A DNA stretch of 64,000 nt, taken from positions 192,112 to 256,111 of the forward strand of contig CAJTUK010000004.1 in NCBI GenBank assembly GCA_910579525.1, given 5' to 3'. Position 1 is the first letter of the stretch; each line of letters begins with the position of its first letter. Shown here piece after piece: positions 32,859 to 42,600 of the stretch. The stretch comes from an uncultured Christensenella sp. (GTDB lineage Bacteria; Bacillota; Clostridia; Christensenellales; Borkfalkiaceae). A program made the position numbers and the translations under genes. A model generated the notes under the pieces. It saw only the letters and a program-made list of their open reading frames with translations. It was not told the DNA's origin and made no database searches.

Positions 32859-33881
32859 TTACCCCTCCAAAGCGACAAAGTTTAATGCTATAAGATTTGT
32901 AGTAACTTCCCCGTCTACTTTATTTGTCGGGCACGGCAATGCGTCTAATAAGTCTTGCACATTTTGAGCTGCATTGTTCGCATCTTGAGTGGCATCTTCA
33001 CAGGCTTCCTTGGCGGCTTGAAAATCTGTTTCTCTCTGTGTTTCGGCGGTAGCCCTCTCTGACTCTGCTGTAGCACGTTGAGTCTCTGCTGTTTGACGAG
33101 CGGTCTCATTAGCTTCTCTCGTGCTTTCAGCATTCGCTCGTCCTGTTTCTGCGGTTGCCCTATTCTGTTCTGCTGTGGCTCTCGCGGTCTCTGCCGCAAT
33201 ACGTCCATCTTCGGCGGTAGCCCTTCCGCTTTCCGCGGTTCCACGGTTCGTTTCGTTTGTTTTGCGAGTTTCCTCGTTTGTTTGCCGCGTTGTTTCTTGG
33301 GTAGCCCTCACATCTTCTGCGTCTGCGCGCGCCCTTTCGGCGCTAACACGCTTTTTTTCCGCGGCGACACGAGCCGCTTCTGCCTTTACTCTATCGTTCT
33401 CAGCGGTTGACAAATTGTTTTCAAGATCTCCAACCTCTTTAAGCAATGAAAGAAGTTCGTTATAATTCTCTTCGTTCTCCGTAATGACTTTGCCAGATTG
33501 AGATTCAGATACGATAACGTAGAATCTTTGAGACGTAAGGGCGACGGTATTATCCGCGTTCGTGAACAAAATATCGCAAGCTACCCTTCCAGCTCTCGCC
33601 GTAAAGCCGCCACTAAATTGAACGATGACCGTTTTTTTGTCTTCTGAAAATTCACACTTGGACGATGTGAGAACAATACCTGACGGGGTTGTTCCGCTTA
33701 ACATTGCCTTAGAATAGATACTCAAATCCATATCGCCGTGATCATCATATAGTGTTATCTCGAAATATCTCGAATTGACGTCGCCTTCTTGGACGGGAAT
33801 TATAATTACTGGGGCGTTAACATAATCTACTGCGGGAAGGCGAAAACGTCTTACAGCCTTTCCCAACAAATCGAATTGCAT
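32859..33881 (-). CDS. Baseplate upper protein (BppU-like) with heptad-repeat stalk
   Basis: 340 aa. The N-terminal ~125 aa resemble the BppU_N domain (QEGDVNSRYFEITLYDD...). Residues 160-284 form a tandem AExxRAT heptad array. Confidence 0.55.
   Translation of the reverse strand: MQFDLLGKAVRRFRLPAVDYVNAPVIIIPVQEGDVNSRYFEITLYDDHGDMDLSIYSKAMLSGTTPSGIVLTSSKCEFSEDKKTVIVQFSGGFTARAGRVACDILFTNADNTVALTSQRFYVIVSESQSGKVITENEENYNELLSLLKEVGDLENNLSTAENDRVKAEAARVAAEKKRVSAERARADAEDVRATQETTRQTNEETRKTNETNRGTAESGRATAEDGRIAAETARATAEQNRATAETGRANAESTREANETARQTAETQRATAESERATAETQRETDFQAAKEACEDATQDANNAAQNVQDLLDALPCPTNKVDGEVTTNLIALNFVALEG
33030..33404 (-). repeat. 21-nt periodic coding repeat (about 18 heptads)
   Basis: Encodes AETARAT AEQNRAT AETGRAN AESTREA NETARQT AETQRAT AESERAT AETQRET and related units. 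Confidence 0.8.
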
Positions 33882-33882
33882 A

Positions 33883-34263
33883 TTATCCCTCCTCTATGAT
33901 TATTTCATCGATAGCGTACATCTCCGACATTGAAAGCTTTAACCCGCTTAACTCCTCTATGTGAAAATGAATGTTCGGACATTCAACGTCCGTTTCTTCG
34001 AGAAGCCTTATAGCTTCTCTGCATTCATCAATACTTTCGGTTTTAATTTTTATATTGCCAACTTTATCTTTGGCAAATTTACCCATCGCATCCTTTTCCC
34101 CATAGGTTTCGATAAGCTCTTTGAGCTTTGTATTATAAAAGGCATCCTCATCTTCGGATGCCTTTATAAACTTCATCATCTTGTACGCAACTTTTGCGTA
34201 AACTCTATCGTTGGCGTGCGCAACTAAAATATTACGTATGCCAATTAGTTTATTAAGCTTCAT
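33883..34263 (-). CDS. Hypothetical protein
   Basis: 126 aa with a GGAGAA SD. Overlaps the upstream stop. Confidence 0.5.
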   Translation of the reverse strand: MKLNKLIGIRNILVAHANDRVYAKVAYKMMKFIKASEDEDAFYNTKLKELIETYGEKDAMGKFAKDKVGNIKIKTESIDECREAIRLLEETDVECPNIHFHIEELSGLKLSMSEMYAIDEIIIEEG

Positions 34264-37200
34264 TTAATTCTCCTTTTAATTCTTTGAGTTCAGTTTCAAG
34301 CGTTGCAACCTTTTGTTTTAACGCTTGGATTTCGTGTATTGCAAGCGGGATAAACTCTCCGTATCTCAAACCACAAACCTCGACTTCATTCCCCTCGTCA
34401 TCGATAGACATCCAGCTACAGTAAATCGCGAGATCAGATTGACTTATGTTATTTTCTTCCATACTGTCTTTAACGTCTTGCGCAATAAAGCCAATGTGCC
34501 TCCTTCCACTCTTGCCGTCATTATATTTGAATGTTACAGGTTTGAGCGCATCGAAAAATTCGCTAAAAACCACCGGATTGTCTGACAAATACTCAATCGA
34601 ATTCTTTATATTTCTGTCAGAGCCGGTAATAGCTTCACCATCTTGATTATACAAATTCTCTACGCGAATAGTTTCCGCATAAATATTTCTTACGCGCCCA
34701 TCTTGATATGAGCTTTTTGCAGAACCGATATTGAGTGTATATAAACCACTCCAGCGGTCATTGATTGTTCCAAGTGAACCACCAACAAAACAGCTGTATG
34801 TTGAATTATAAGAGCCAAGACCACATAAGCCGCCGCCTCGAATACCAATGTATCTATCGTAAGAGCTTTCGCCCATCGTAAAGTTAAAGTATTTAGCTCC
34901 ACCTACGAATGCGGCGTCTGTTACGTTGTCCAGGATCGGGAGTTCAACCTTGTTCATGTTTGTTCCAGCCAACACAGTAACAGAGGTGGTTTTCTTGAAC
35001 GGCGTGCCAGCATCTGTGTATTCAACATCAAAAGTCTTATTACATGGAAGAGGACTACCATCTATATAAACCATGATTGTCGTTCCAGTAAAACCAATTT
35101 TTGCCGAATAATTATCGTATCCGCTATCGCTAAAATCTAATGTCAAGCCGTCATACGCCAATGCCCCACCTTCGATTGTAATTCCTGCGATATGTGCATC
35201 GGCAACATTTATTGAAGATATGTCGGCGCGCTGCATCCTTGTGTTGGTAATGGTAAGAACGCTTGTATTGTTAGCGCTACTTATGTTGAAGGTGTTATCT
35301 TTAGTGTATATTAAACTATACTGTGTTGGAGCCGACGATTGTCTATAATATGAAAATTCAACATCAGCAGACACCGTCGTATCCATAGTTAGCGACGTCG
35401 CCTTATTTTTTACCCACGCGCTCACTTCAATACCGCTATCTGTATACCCAACTATTTCCATTCCTTGAAATGTCGTTCCGAATGGAGCGATGCTAAATTC
35501 GCCCATAATGACACCTTCAGTATCGGTAATTCCCAAGTCTTCTAATGAGAAACTACCAATGTATGCAAACATATTCCATACACCTACACCATCGTTGAAG
35601 CCAATAGTTCCTCTTGGAATCGTTACCTGAATAGTCTTTGTTCCTGTAAACTTAGTTGTTTCGTAACGACTTCCGTCCTTGGTTTCCACAATTAACTCGC
35701 CAATATTACCGCCGCGAACGTTAATATCACCAGAGGCATCCAGTGCAAAATTTTTCGAGCGAATGAATTGATCTGCGAAATTGATGCACATACCAGCATT
35801 CGCATATGCACCGCTTCCGCCATAGCTGTAATCATCTGTGCGCATATAACCGTTTTCGGTCACAACAAATCTACTTAAGTCTGGTGTGTCCGATATTGAC
35901 TTGTATTCAATATAAACTCCGTCTGCAAGGGTTAATTTTGTAGCATATATTTCCCCCACTACATACAGGTTACCATCCGTAGACGCCTCAAAAACGCGCT
36001 GCAATGTGAAGTTATCGCTATTTTCATCGTATATCTTCTTGTTAATAGCTATTCCGTGGTCGTCGAGCATAATGGTGTTTGCCGCATTTTTTATCTCAAG
36101 AGTTTCACCTATAAGCAGTGTACCTATCAGCACATCAGCAGCGAGACCATAACCAAGATACTCACCGTCTTCCCCGTAGATTTTTCCAAGGGCTAACGAA
36201 GCAGATTCCCAGTTATCATCTGTGAATAAAATTGTGTTATTGATTATCCTAATCTGTTCTGGAAGGAACGTACCATTGGATGCGTCTACCTCAGCGTCAT
36301 ATTTCCTGCCGAGTATGCCGGTATCATCTATAATAAAAGCTTGTGCCGCCATATCAGCTTGTGCCGCCCGAAGAGTTCTATCAAGCGGAGCGTTAATCAT
36401 GCTCGTTAACTTTTCTTTATTACGTGAATAGTCAGTTAAATTAGACCAATTAGCCGATACCGTTCTTGTAGCCGACGATGTTTCTTTAAGTAAGTCAGCA
36501 AAGGTCATTGATGTGTCGCCCGGCTTCGATGCGTTAGAGAATGTCATACTGAACGAATCCGACACGTCAAGGTCATATTCGATTGTCATCAACGCAGGAC
36601 GGAAACATACACCTTCGCATTTTTCAATCGTTATAATTCGCCCAAGCACAAGTTCATTAGTAAATTGCCTGAACTCATACATCTTAATAAAGTTAAGCGC
36701 GTCCACCGTCATCTCAAACTGTGGCTGTGAACATTTTGCCAAATCAACTTTCCCTGCGTTCATAAGTTCTTTCGCAAGATCAATCCTTTCTGGCATTGTT
36801 GTCGTGTCATAGGTAGCGATATTACCATTGCTATAATCGCCCTCTATCCAATAATTTGAAAGTTCATCATACAGCTCCTGCCCGCGCCGCTTGATAAACT
36901 GCTGTATGTTGCATTGTGTATTGATATAAGTCATCTCTCCTTCTATGACTTCAATATCGTTTTGAAGGTTGTTGCTAATCGGCGTTAATGTACGGTTGAT
37001 ATGGTTTTCCCATATTGAACACCAACCATTATCGCCAACCGTTTCTGCGTATGTTGTATACCTCTCAAAACCTGATACGTAAAAAGCATACACGGAAACT
37101 ATGCCGTCCGCGCCCGCGAGAATGCGATAACGCGCGCCGTCGTAGATAAAATACGAATTTGATTGAGAAGCCGATATAGATGTCCCGTCAGGGAAAGTGA

Positions 37201-38788
37201 TAGTGAACGCGCTATTTTGATTAACTACACTCATAGTAACGCCCCTAACTTCAACGGTACCACTGCTGGCTATGTTGCCGTCGTTATCTTTGACAACACC
37301 CACCTCAGACGCAACGTTCAGTTTGCAATAGCTTCGGCTATCGCTATCCATAAAGTACCAAGCTACTGTGGCGTTGTCCTCATCTCCCTTCGAGTCAATG
37401 TAGTTCTGTATCAGTGTTTTAGGGGTACCGTTTACACCCGCATCATTAAACGAGAATGTATAGTGTCCGTCATCGCCTTTTGCTGGTTTTGCGGCGGCAG
37501 TATGCCCGACAATCGTAACCGTATCCGTGAAGTTCGTGCCGTAAAAGGTTGATGCTGGCAATAAACTTTTGCTACCAACATTAACAGTTTCAGCCGTAAC
37601 ATACCCTTCACCTTCAAGTATCTTGTCGTCGCCATTTATATATTGATCGCGCGCAACTTGCATATCAGTCAACTTGAGATTTGCAAACTGAATATCCTCA
37701 TCCGCTTTTAATTTTTGTGTATATAAGTCTTGCAACTCCTTGACGAGCGTGCTATAGCTCTTTGTGTGACCAGTGCGCGTATTATCGTCGTGTTGCCACT
37801 TTTCAAACTCGATTTCCCACGCATCAAGCGCGGTTATCAATTCTTTTGACATCCAAGGATAGTCAATCTTTCCGTCATCGCTCTTATGCTTTTTATAGTA
37901 GTCAAAATTTGCTATATAGTTTGTACCCATCGGGTTAACGGTTCGTATGTCGATGTCGCTACCGTTGCACGACATAACCGTCACAATATCCTCTGCACTT
38001 TCCTTAATCTTTAGTGAAGTAACAAGGTTATCGAATGCTAAGTATATGTTAGTCGGTTTAGTGATGTCATCCAATGTTTTAACTTTAATAGCATGATGCA
38101 AAAAGTCAAACTCAAAGATAACTTCAAACGCCTTCTCGACTTGGTTAATCATAAAATCGTAACCATTAAGGTCATCCTTCGCATCAAACCCGCGACAAAT
38201 GTTATCTATGTATTCAGCAGCCACGTACATCTCGCCATAGCTCTTTGAGCGGAACTTAAGTATCGGGTCAATGTAAATTATCGTCCAATCGCCATTGTCC
38301 TCTGTAGACTCAGTATCGGCGTTATTTAGCAATACTTTAACTCCAAGCTGCTGGTGTAGTTGACCAACAACAGACGGTATTGCTAATGCGTTGCTACTGT
38401 CATATTTTTCATCAAGTGGGTCGTTCGGATTATAAAACATATACAGTCTTTCTTCGGTAATAAACCCACGGTCTTTGAATGAATATTGGTGCGATTGCGC
38501 TGTAACATCTTTCGAGCTACTATCGCCCTCTGTTGCCTCTGAAACATCCACTATCTGAAACCAGCCTATCTTTTCAATGAATATCAATCTCTTCGACTCA
38601 ATCAGATTGTAATATGTTTCTGTTTCTTTGAGCTTCGGAACGGTAAACGTCAATTCTGATAAATCATTAAACCGTAAGACCAAATGTCTGTTATCGCCGT
38701 TCAAAGCACAAATAAAGCGTCTGTCTGGATTGCACAAATACATATTTGGACTTTCGATTTGTTTGTAGTAATCATAACTACTTATCAT
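34253..38788 (-). CDS. Tail-associated lysin/tip protein (Tal-like) with C-terminal S74 intramolecular-chaperone domain
   Basis: 1511 aa directly after Dit. The N-terminus resembles the prophage tail endopeptidase / minor structural protein N-terminal region. The C-terminus GSDRNIKNSIEYL...GFIAQDV... followed by a coiled coil is the Peptidase_S74 auto-cleaving chaperone pattern. Confidence 0.75.
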   Translation of the reverse strand: MISSYDYYKQIESPNMYLCNPDRRFICALNGDNRHLVLRFNDLSELTFTVPKLKETETYYNLIESKRLIFIEKIGWFQIVDVSEATEGDSSSKDVTAQSHQYSFKDRGFITEERLYMFYNPNDPLDEKYDSSNALAIPSVVGQLHQQLGVKVLLNNADTESTEDNGDWTIIYIDPILKFRSKSYGEMYVAAEYIDNICRGFDAKDDLNGYDFMINQVEKAFEVIFEFDFLHHAIKVKTLDDITKPTNIYLAFDNLVTSLKIKESAEDIVTVMSCNGSDIDIRTVNPMGTNYIANFDYYKKHKSDDGKIDYPWMSKELITALDAWEIEFEKWQHDDNTRTGHTKSYSTLVKELQDLYTQKLKADEDIQFANLKLTDMQVARDQYINGDDKILEGEGYVTAETVNVGSKSLLPASTFYGTNFTDTVTIVGHTAAAKPAKGDDGHYTFSFNDAGVNGTPKTLIQNYIDSKGDEDNATVAWYFMDSDSRSYCKLNVASEVGVVKDNDGNIASSGTVEVRGVTMSVVNQNSAFTITFPDGTSISASQSNSYFIYDGARYRILAGADGIVSVYAFYVSGFERYTTYAETVGDNGWCSIWENHINRTLTPISNNLQNDIEVIEGEMTYINTQCNIQQFIKRRGQELYDELSNYWIEGDYSNGNIATYDTTTMPERIDLAKELMNAGKVDLAKCSQPQFEMTVDALNFIKMYEFRQFTNELVLGRIITIEKCEGVCFRPALMTIEYDLDVSDSFSMTFSNASKPGDTSMTFADLLKETSSATRTVSANWSNLTDYSRNKEKLTSMINAPLDRTLRAAQADMAAQAFIIDDTGILGRKYDAEVDASNGTFLPEQIRIINNTILFTDDNWESASLALGKIYGEDGEYLGYGLAADVLIGTLLIGETLEIKNAANTIMLDDHGIAINKKIYDENSDNFTLQRVFEASTDGNLYVVGEIYATKLTLADGVYIEYKSISDTPDLSRFVVTENGYMRTDDYSYGGSGAYANAGMCINFADQFIRSKNFALDASGDINVRGGNIGELIVETKDGSRYETTKFTGTKTIQVTIPRGTIGFNDGVGVWNMFAYIGSFSLEDLGITDTEGVIMGEFSIAPFGTTFQGMEIVGYTDSGIEVSAWVKNKATSLTMDTTVSADVEFSYYRQSSAPTQYSLIYTKDNTFNISSANNTSVLTITNTRMQRADISSINVADAHIAGITIEGGALAYDGLTLDFSDSGYDNYSAKIGFTGTTIMVYIDGSPLPCNKTFDVEYTDAGTPFKKTTSVTVLAGTNMNKVELPILDNVTDAAFVGGAKYFNFTMGESSYDRYIGIRGGGLCGLGSYNSTYSCFVGGSLGTINDRWSGLYTLNIGSAKSSYQDGRVRNIYAETIRVENLYNQDGEAITGSDRNIKNSIEYLSDNPVVFSEFFDALKPVTFKYNDGKSGRRHIGFIAQDVKDSMEENNISQSDLAIYCSWMSIDDEGNEVEVCGLRYGEFIPLAIHEIQALKQKVATLETELKELKGELNEA

Positions 38789-38808
38789 ATTTTACCTCCC
38801 TTTAATTA

Positions 38809-39585
38809 TTAAAAGCTTATTTTGATGTAGCGCGGACAGCTAATAGTAGCCGAGCCATTCACGCGCACCTTTAAGTGATTTTTGCCGCGCATAATACGCA
38901 ACCATTTTTTGCTGAACTTACTCAGCAAGTCGTTACCGTCGCCGGTAATGATTTTGAGTTCATTGTCTACCTTATACACAGAATTTGGCGCAACTCCGTC
39001 AAAGGCGAACTCTCTCGTTTTATCATCTGTAAGATTGATGATAGATACCTTTCCATCTGCGCTATCAAATTCAACCGCAGGGTAAATATATTCATCAATA
39101 TTATCGGAATCGTTGTACAAATAAACGTCCTTGATTTCGCCATTACCAAAGACAATGACTTCAATTGGTTTCCCCGTCACGTATAAAGAATCAAACGTAG
39201 CGGACAAATTAAGACCTACACATTTCCCAGAATGATAAATTAAACTTGTCACAGTAAAAATACAGTTATAAATAAATTCATCTAACCCTTGCTGCATAAT
39301 AACAAGCGGCTTAAAACCTTTTCTGGCATCAAGCCATGTTAAGATTTCTCTCAACAGTTCTTCCTCTATTGCCTCTTCACTAACAACTGAAAAATCATAG
39401 GTCGGCGGGCTGTCATACGTCAAGTCTAAATAATGAAACTTTTTAGCCTTAGGCGCCTTGCCAACTACAACGCTTGGTATAACATACGGCGTTTCCTCCA
39501 ATACGTTGCTATTGAAACTTGCTATTTTTAAGCCATATTGTTCAGAGTAGATTCCGTCGTATGTAAACTCCGTTGCATTAAACAT
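38809..39585 (-). CDS. Distal tail protein (Dit)
   Basis: Taken from the ATG at 39585 (GGAGGG SD), 258 aa. MFNATEFTYDGIYSEQYGLKI is typical of the siphovirus tail-component family. Sits between the TMP and Tal. Confidence 0.7.
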   Translation of the reverse strand: MFNATEFTYDGIYSEQYGLKIASFNSNVLEETPYVIPSVVVGKAPKAKKFHYLDLTYDSPPTYDFSVVSEEAIEEELLREILTWLDARKGFKPLVIMQQGLDEFIYNCIFTVTSLIYHSGKCVGLNLSATFDSLYVTGKPIEVIVFGNGEIKDVYLYNDSDNIDEYIYPAVEFDSADGKVSIINLTDDKTREFAFDGVAPNSVYKVDNELKIITGDGNDLLSKFSKKWLRIMRGKNHLKVRVNGSATISCPRYIKISF

Positions 39586-39646
39586 CTTCTGCCCTCCTTT
39601 TATATTAAGAGAGCAGACCCATGCGGAGCCTGCTCTCATTGTTGTA

Positions 39647-42600
39647 TTAAAACTTTTTTTTGTATCCCGTTCGTGTCAAAGCACTTTCCATATTCTTTTC
39701 TATCTTGGTAACCGCTTGATCAACGAGAGATTTAAGCTTTGGAAGCGTGTTCTCATTTACATCACCACACTTGATTTCAATAAGTGGTGAATTGTTGTTG
39801 ATGGTTGCACCATTGCTTCCTCTACTTGACAACATCATGGGCAAGGTCTTTTTCATAAAGTTATCCATCTGCCTTGGTGTAGAAACAAACTCACCATTAA
39901 GCAGTTTCGCAAATTCCTCATTGCTCTTTAGGCTGGTGAAATCACCAACAAAACCGCCAGAGTGATACATTCCCGTGGCGCGCTTTAATGCCTCCCAGCC
40001 ATTATTATTGCCTACACCGTTCCAAAATCTTCCCCATCCATCTTGCTCTTCAAGCTTTAAGATGGTTCCATCTAAGCAACCATATAGGTTTCCTTTATAG
40101 TAAAAGATATCTCTGTCGCCATATTTATTAACTTCGTATGCGGCTTTATATAGTCCATCGCTGTCGCCATCTGTTGCCGTTTGGACATGATAAGTAGTCC
40201 CATTTAATATAACCTCGCCATTATCACCAGCATTGTTTTTTGCCATGCCTTTTCCCCACGCGCCCTTGATTTTAGTCATTTCGGCTGCTTTTTTCTGGTC
40301 TTCCGTCATTTCCGGCGCCGGTGCCTGCGGAGTTTTATATGAATCAGCAACTGACTTTGCAGCAATGTAATACGAATCTGCACCACTATAATCTCCTGCG
40401 GCAACTTTATCCATAAAAGTTTTTGCATCGCCTGTCACAGACATACCAGCAGCCTGCTTTCTTTTAAGGTCGGAATACAGGTCATACATTTCAGTACCAG
40501 TAAACTGTGTGTTGGTTAGTCCTTCTATGCCTGTAAGTATCCCATGAAGCGTCTGTGCTATCTCTGTAATTTGAGTAGAAATAAGCTCTACTTGTCCCTG
40601 AATAAATTGCTCATACTCGTTATACTCATTGTCAAGTGCAGTGGTTATGTTTTCGATTGCGCGTTCAAGAGTGTATTCATCAAGCTCTTCCTGAGCTTCT
40701 TGTAGCTGGCTTTCCAACTCTCTTGCGCGCGCTTGCCCCGTTGCCGATTTATCAAGTTTGGCGAGAGATAGCTGAGTTTGTAAGTCGGCAACTGACTTCT
40801 GCTTTTTCGCTAACTCTTTTTGATAGTTAATCTCTTCCTGATAGGTTTTAAGCAAGTCTTTGCGAATGTCAATAAGCTCTTTGTAAATATCAAGCTGTTC
40901 TTCAAGTGCATCTTGCATCTTTTCCAATCTATCAGTCTCTTCACTTATAGCTAATTCTCTTAGAAGCGATGCCCACTCAATCTCTTTTATGTTAAGGTTA
41001 TCTTGTGCTGTCGCTAAGTTCTTCAAAGCTGTCTCATAGTCATCGTCTTCTTTCGTTAAACCCGCGAGCGTTTTCTTCGCGTCTTCAAGAACTTTTTGAT
41101 ATTCTTGAAGCGACGTAATTGCCATGTCTTTTAATATATCAAAATTACTTTGTCCTTGATAGTCACCAGATAACTTATAACCATCTAAGTCTCTATTAAA
41201 GTACTTATCAAGCAAGGAAGGATATTTGTCCATCAAGGTTTGAAGTGTACCAAGAGATACAATACCATTTTTAGTGACATCCGATAAAGCATCGCTAAGC
41301 ACATCAAACTTGTCCGTAATCGCCTCAATATCATCTACAATATTAATCTCAGCCAATTCGACAAGCTTCGTCCGTAAATCACCAATGAGCCCCGTTAAGT
41401 CATCCCAGTTTGTGCCATCCCATATACCGATTGTTTTTAGGTATTCAAAAAGCTTCTGCACTTCTGGCGTCTGTTGTGCAAGTTCTTCTAATGCTGCCCC
41501 TGTAATTTTTGTTGTATCGCTATAAGTATCAGCAAACGATTTTAATGCGTCTACAGCACCTTGGTTGGTAGTTCTTGAAATTATAGCCGACCACGCATCA
41601 AGTGTACTTTGCGTTGCAGCTGTATACATATCAAGCAACTTATCACGGTCTGCAAGATAGCTATCCATTTTTTCATTCAAGCCATATTCAAAACCATCAA
41701 GAACTTCATTATACTCTTGAATAGTTTTAAGTGCCCAGTCTCTATCTGAACTATTGCGATAATCTTTTAGAGCATCATAAACTCGGCTATCAAAGCTTTT
41801 TATTACATTGCCGTTGTTGTCTTTGATTGTATTTTTACTTTTATATTTATCTAATGCGTCTTCGGCTGCATTCATTGCGTCTCTTTGTGCAACGGTTGCA
41901 GCTTCCTCTTTAACGGCTTCTTGCTGTTTTAGGAGCTCTAATTCTTGATTAAGTCTTTGTAGTTCTTGTTGATCCACAATTGAGAGCTTATCTTTAGAAT
42001 TAAGTTCATCAATTGCTTCTTGAACCTCTTTGATTTTATTCTTAACTTCCTCAAGTTCTTCCTTAGTTTCTTTCCAAGCATCTTTGCATTCCTTAGCCGC
42101 CTCTTTCAAATCTTCATATGAAGGATTAAAAGATTTAATTAAATCAATGACGCCTTTAACTATAGCAACAACCGCTGTAATAGCCGCCAATATCCACCCA
42201 AGCGGGTTGGACGCCATGAAGCCTTTTACAACCGTATCAATACCTTTAATAGCAATGGCAATACCAGCTGCTATAAACATAACTGCGCCAACGATAATCT
42301 CAGCAAAACCCTGAACCTTACCCTCAAATAATGTCATCATTGAAATTATTGTAGAAATAATTAACAAAGGCGCGTTCTCTGCCATAAACTTCTTCATTGC
42401 AGCGCCAACGGTTAAGAAGAATCCTTTAATTCCAGTGGCTGAAACACCAAGTTCCATTGCAAGTAATTTGAATTGTAGACGCGCTGTTTGGATAAGCGGT
42501 ATTAGCTTCTTCATAATCGCAATAACGCCAATAGTTGATACAACAATCAACGCCATTTTAGGGATTGCACCATCGCCAAAGCCCATAATAGCATTGAGTA

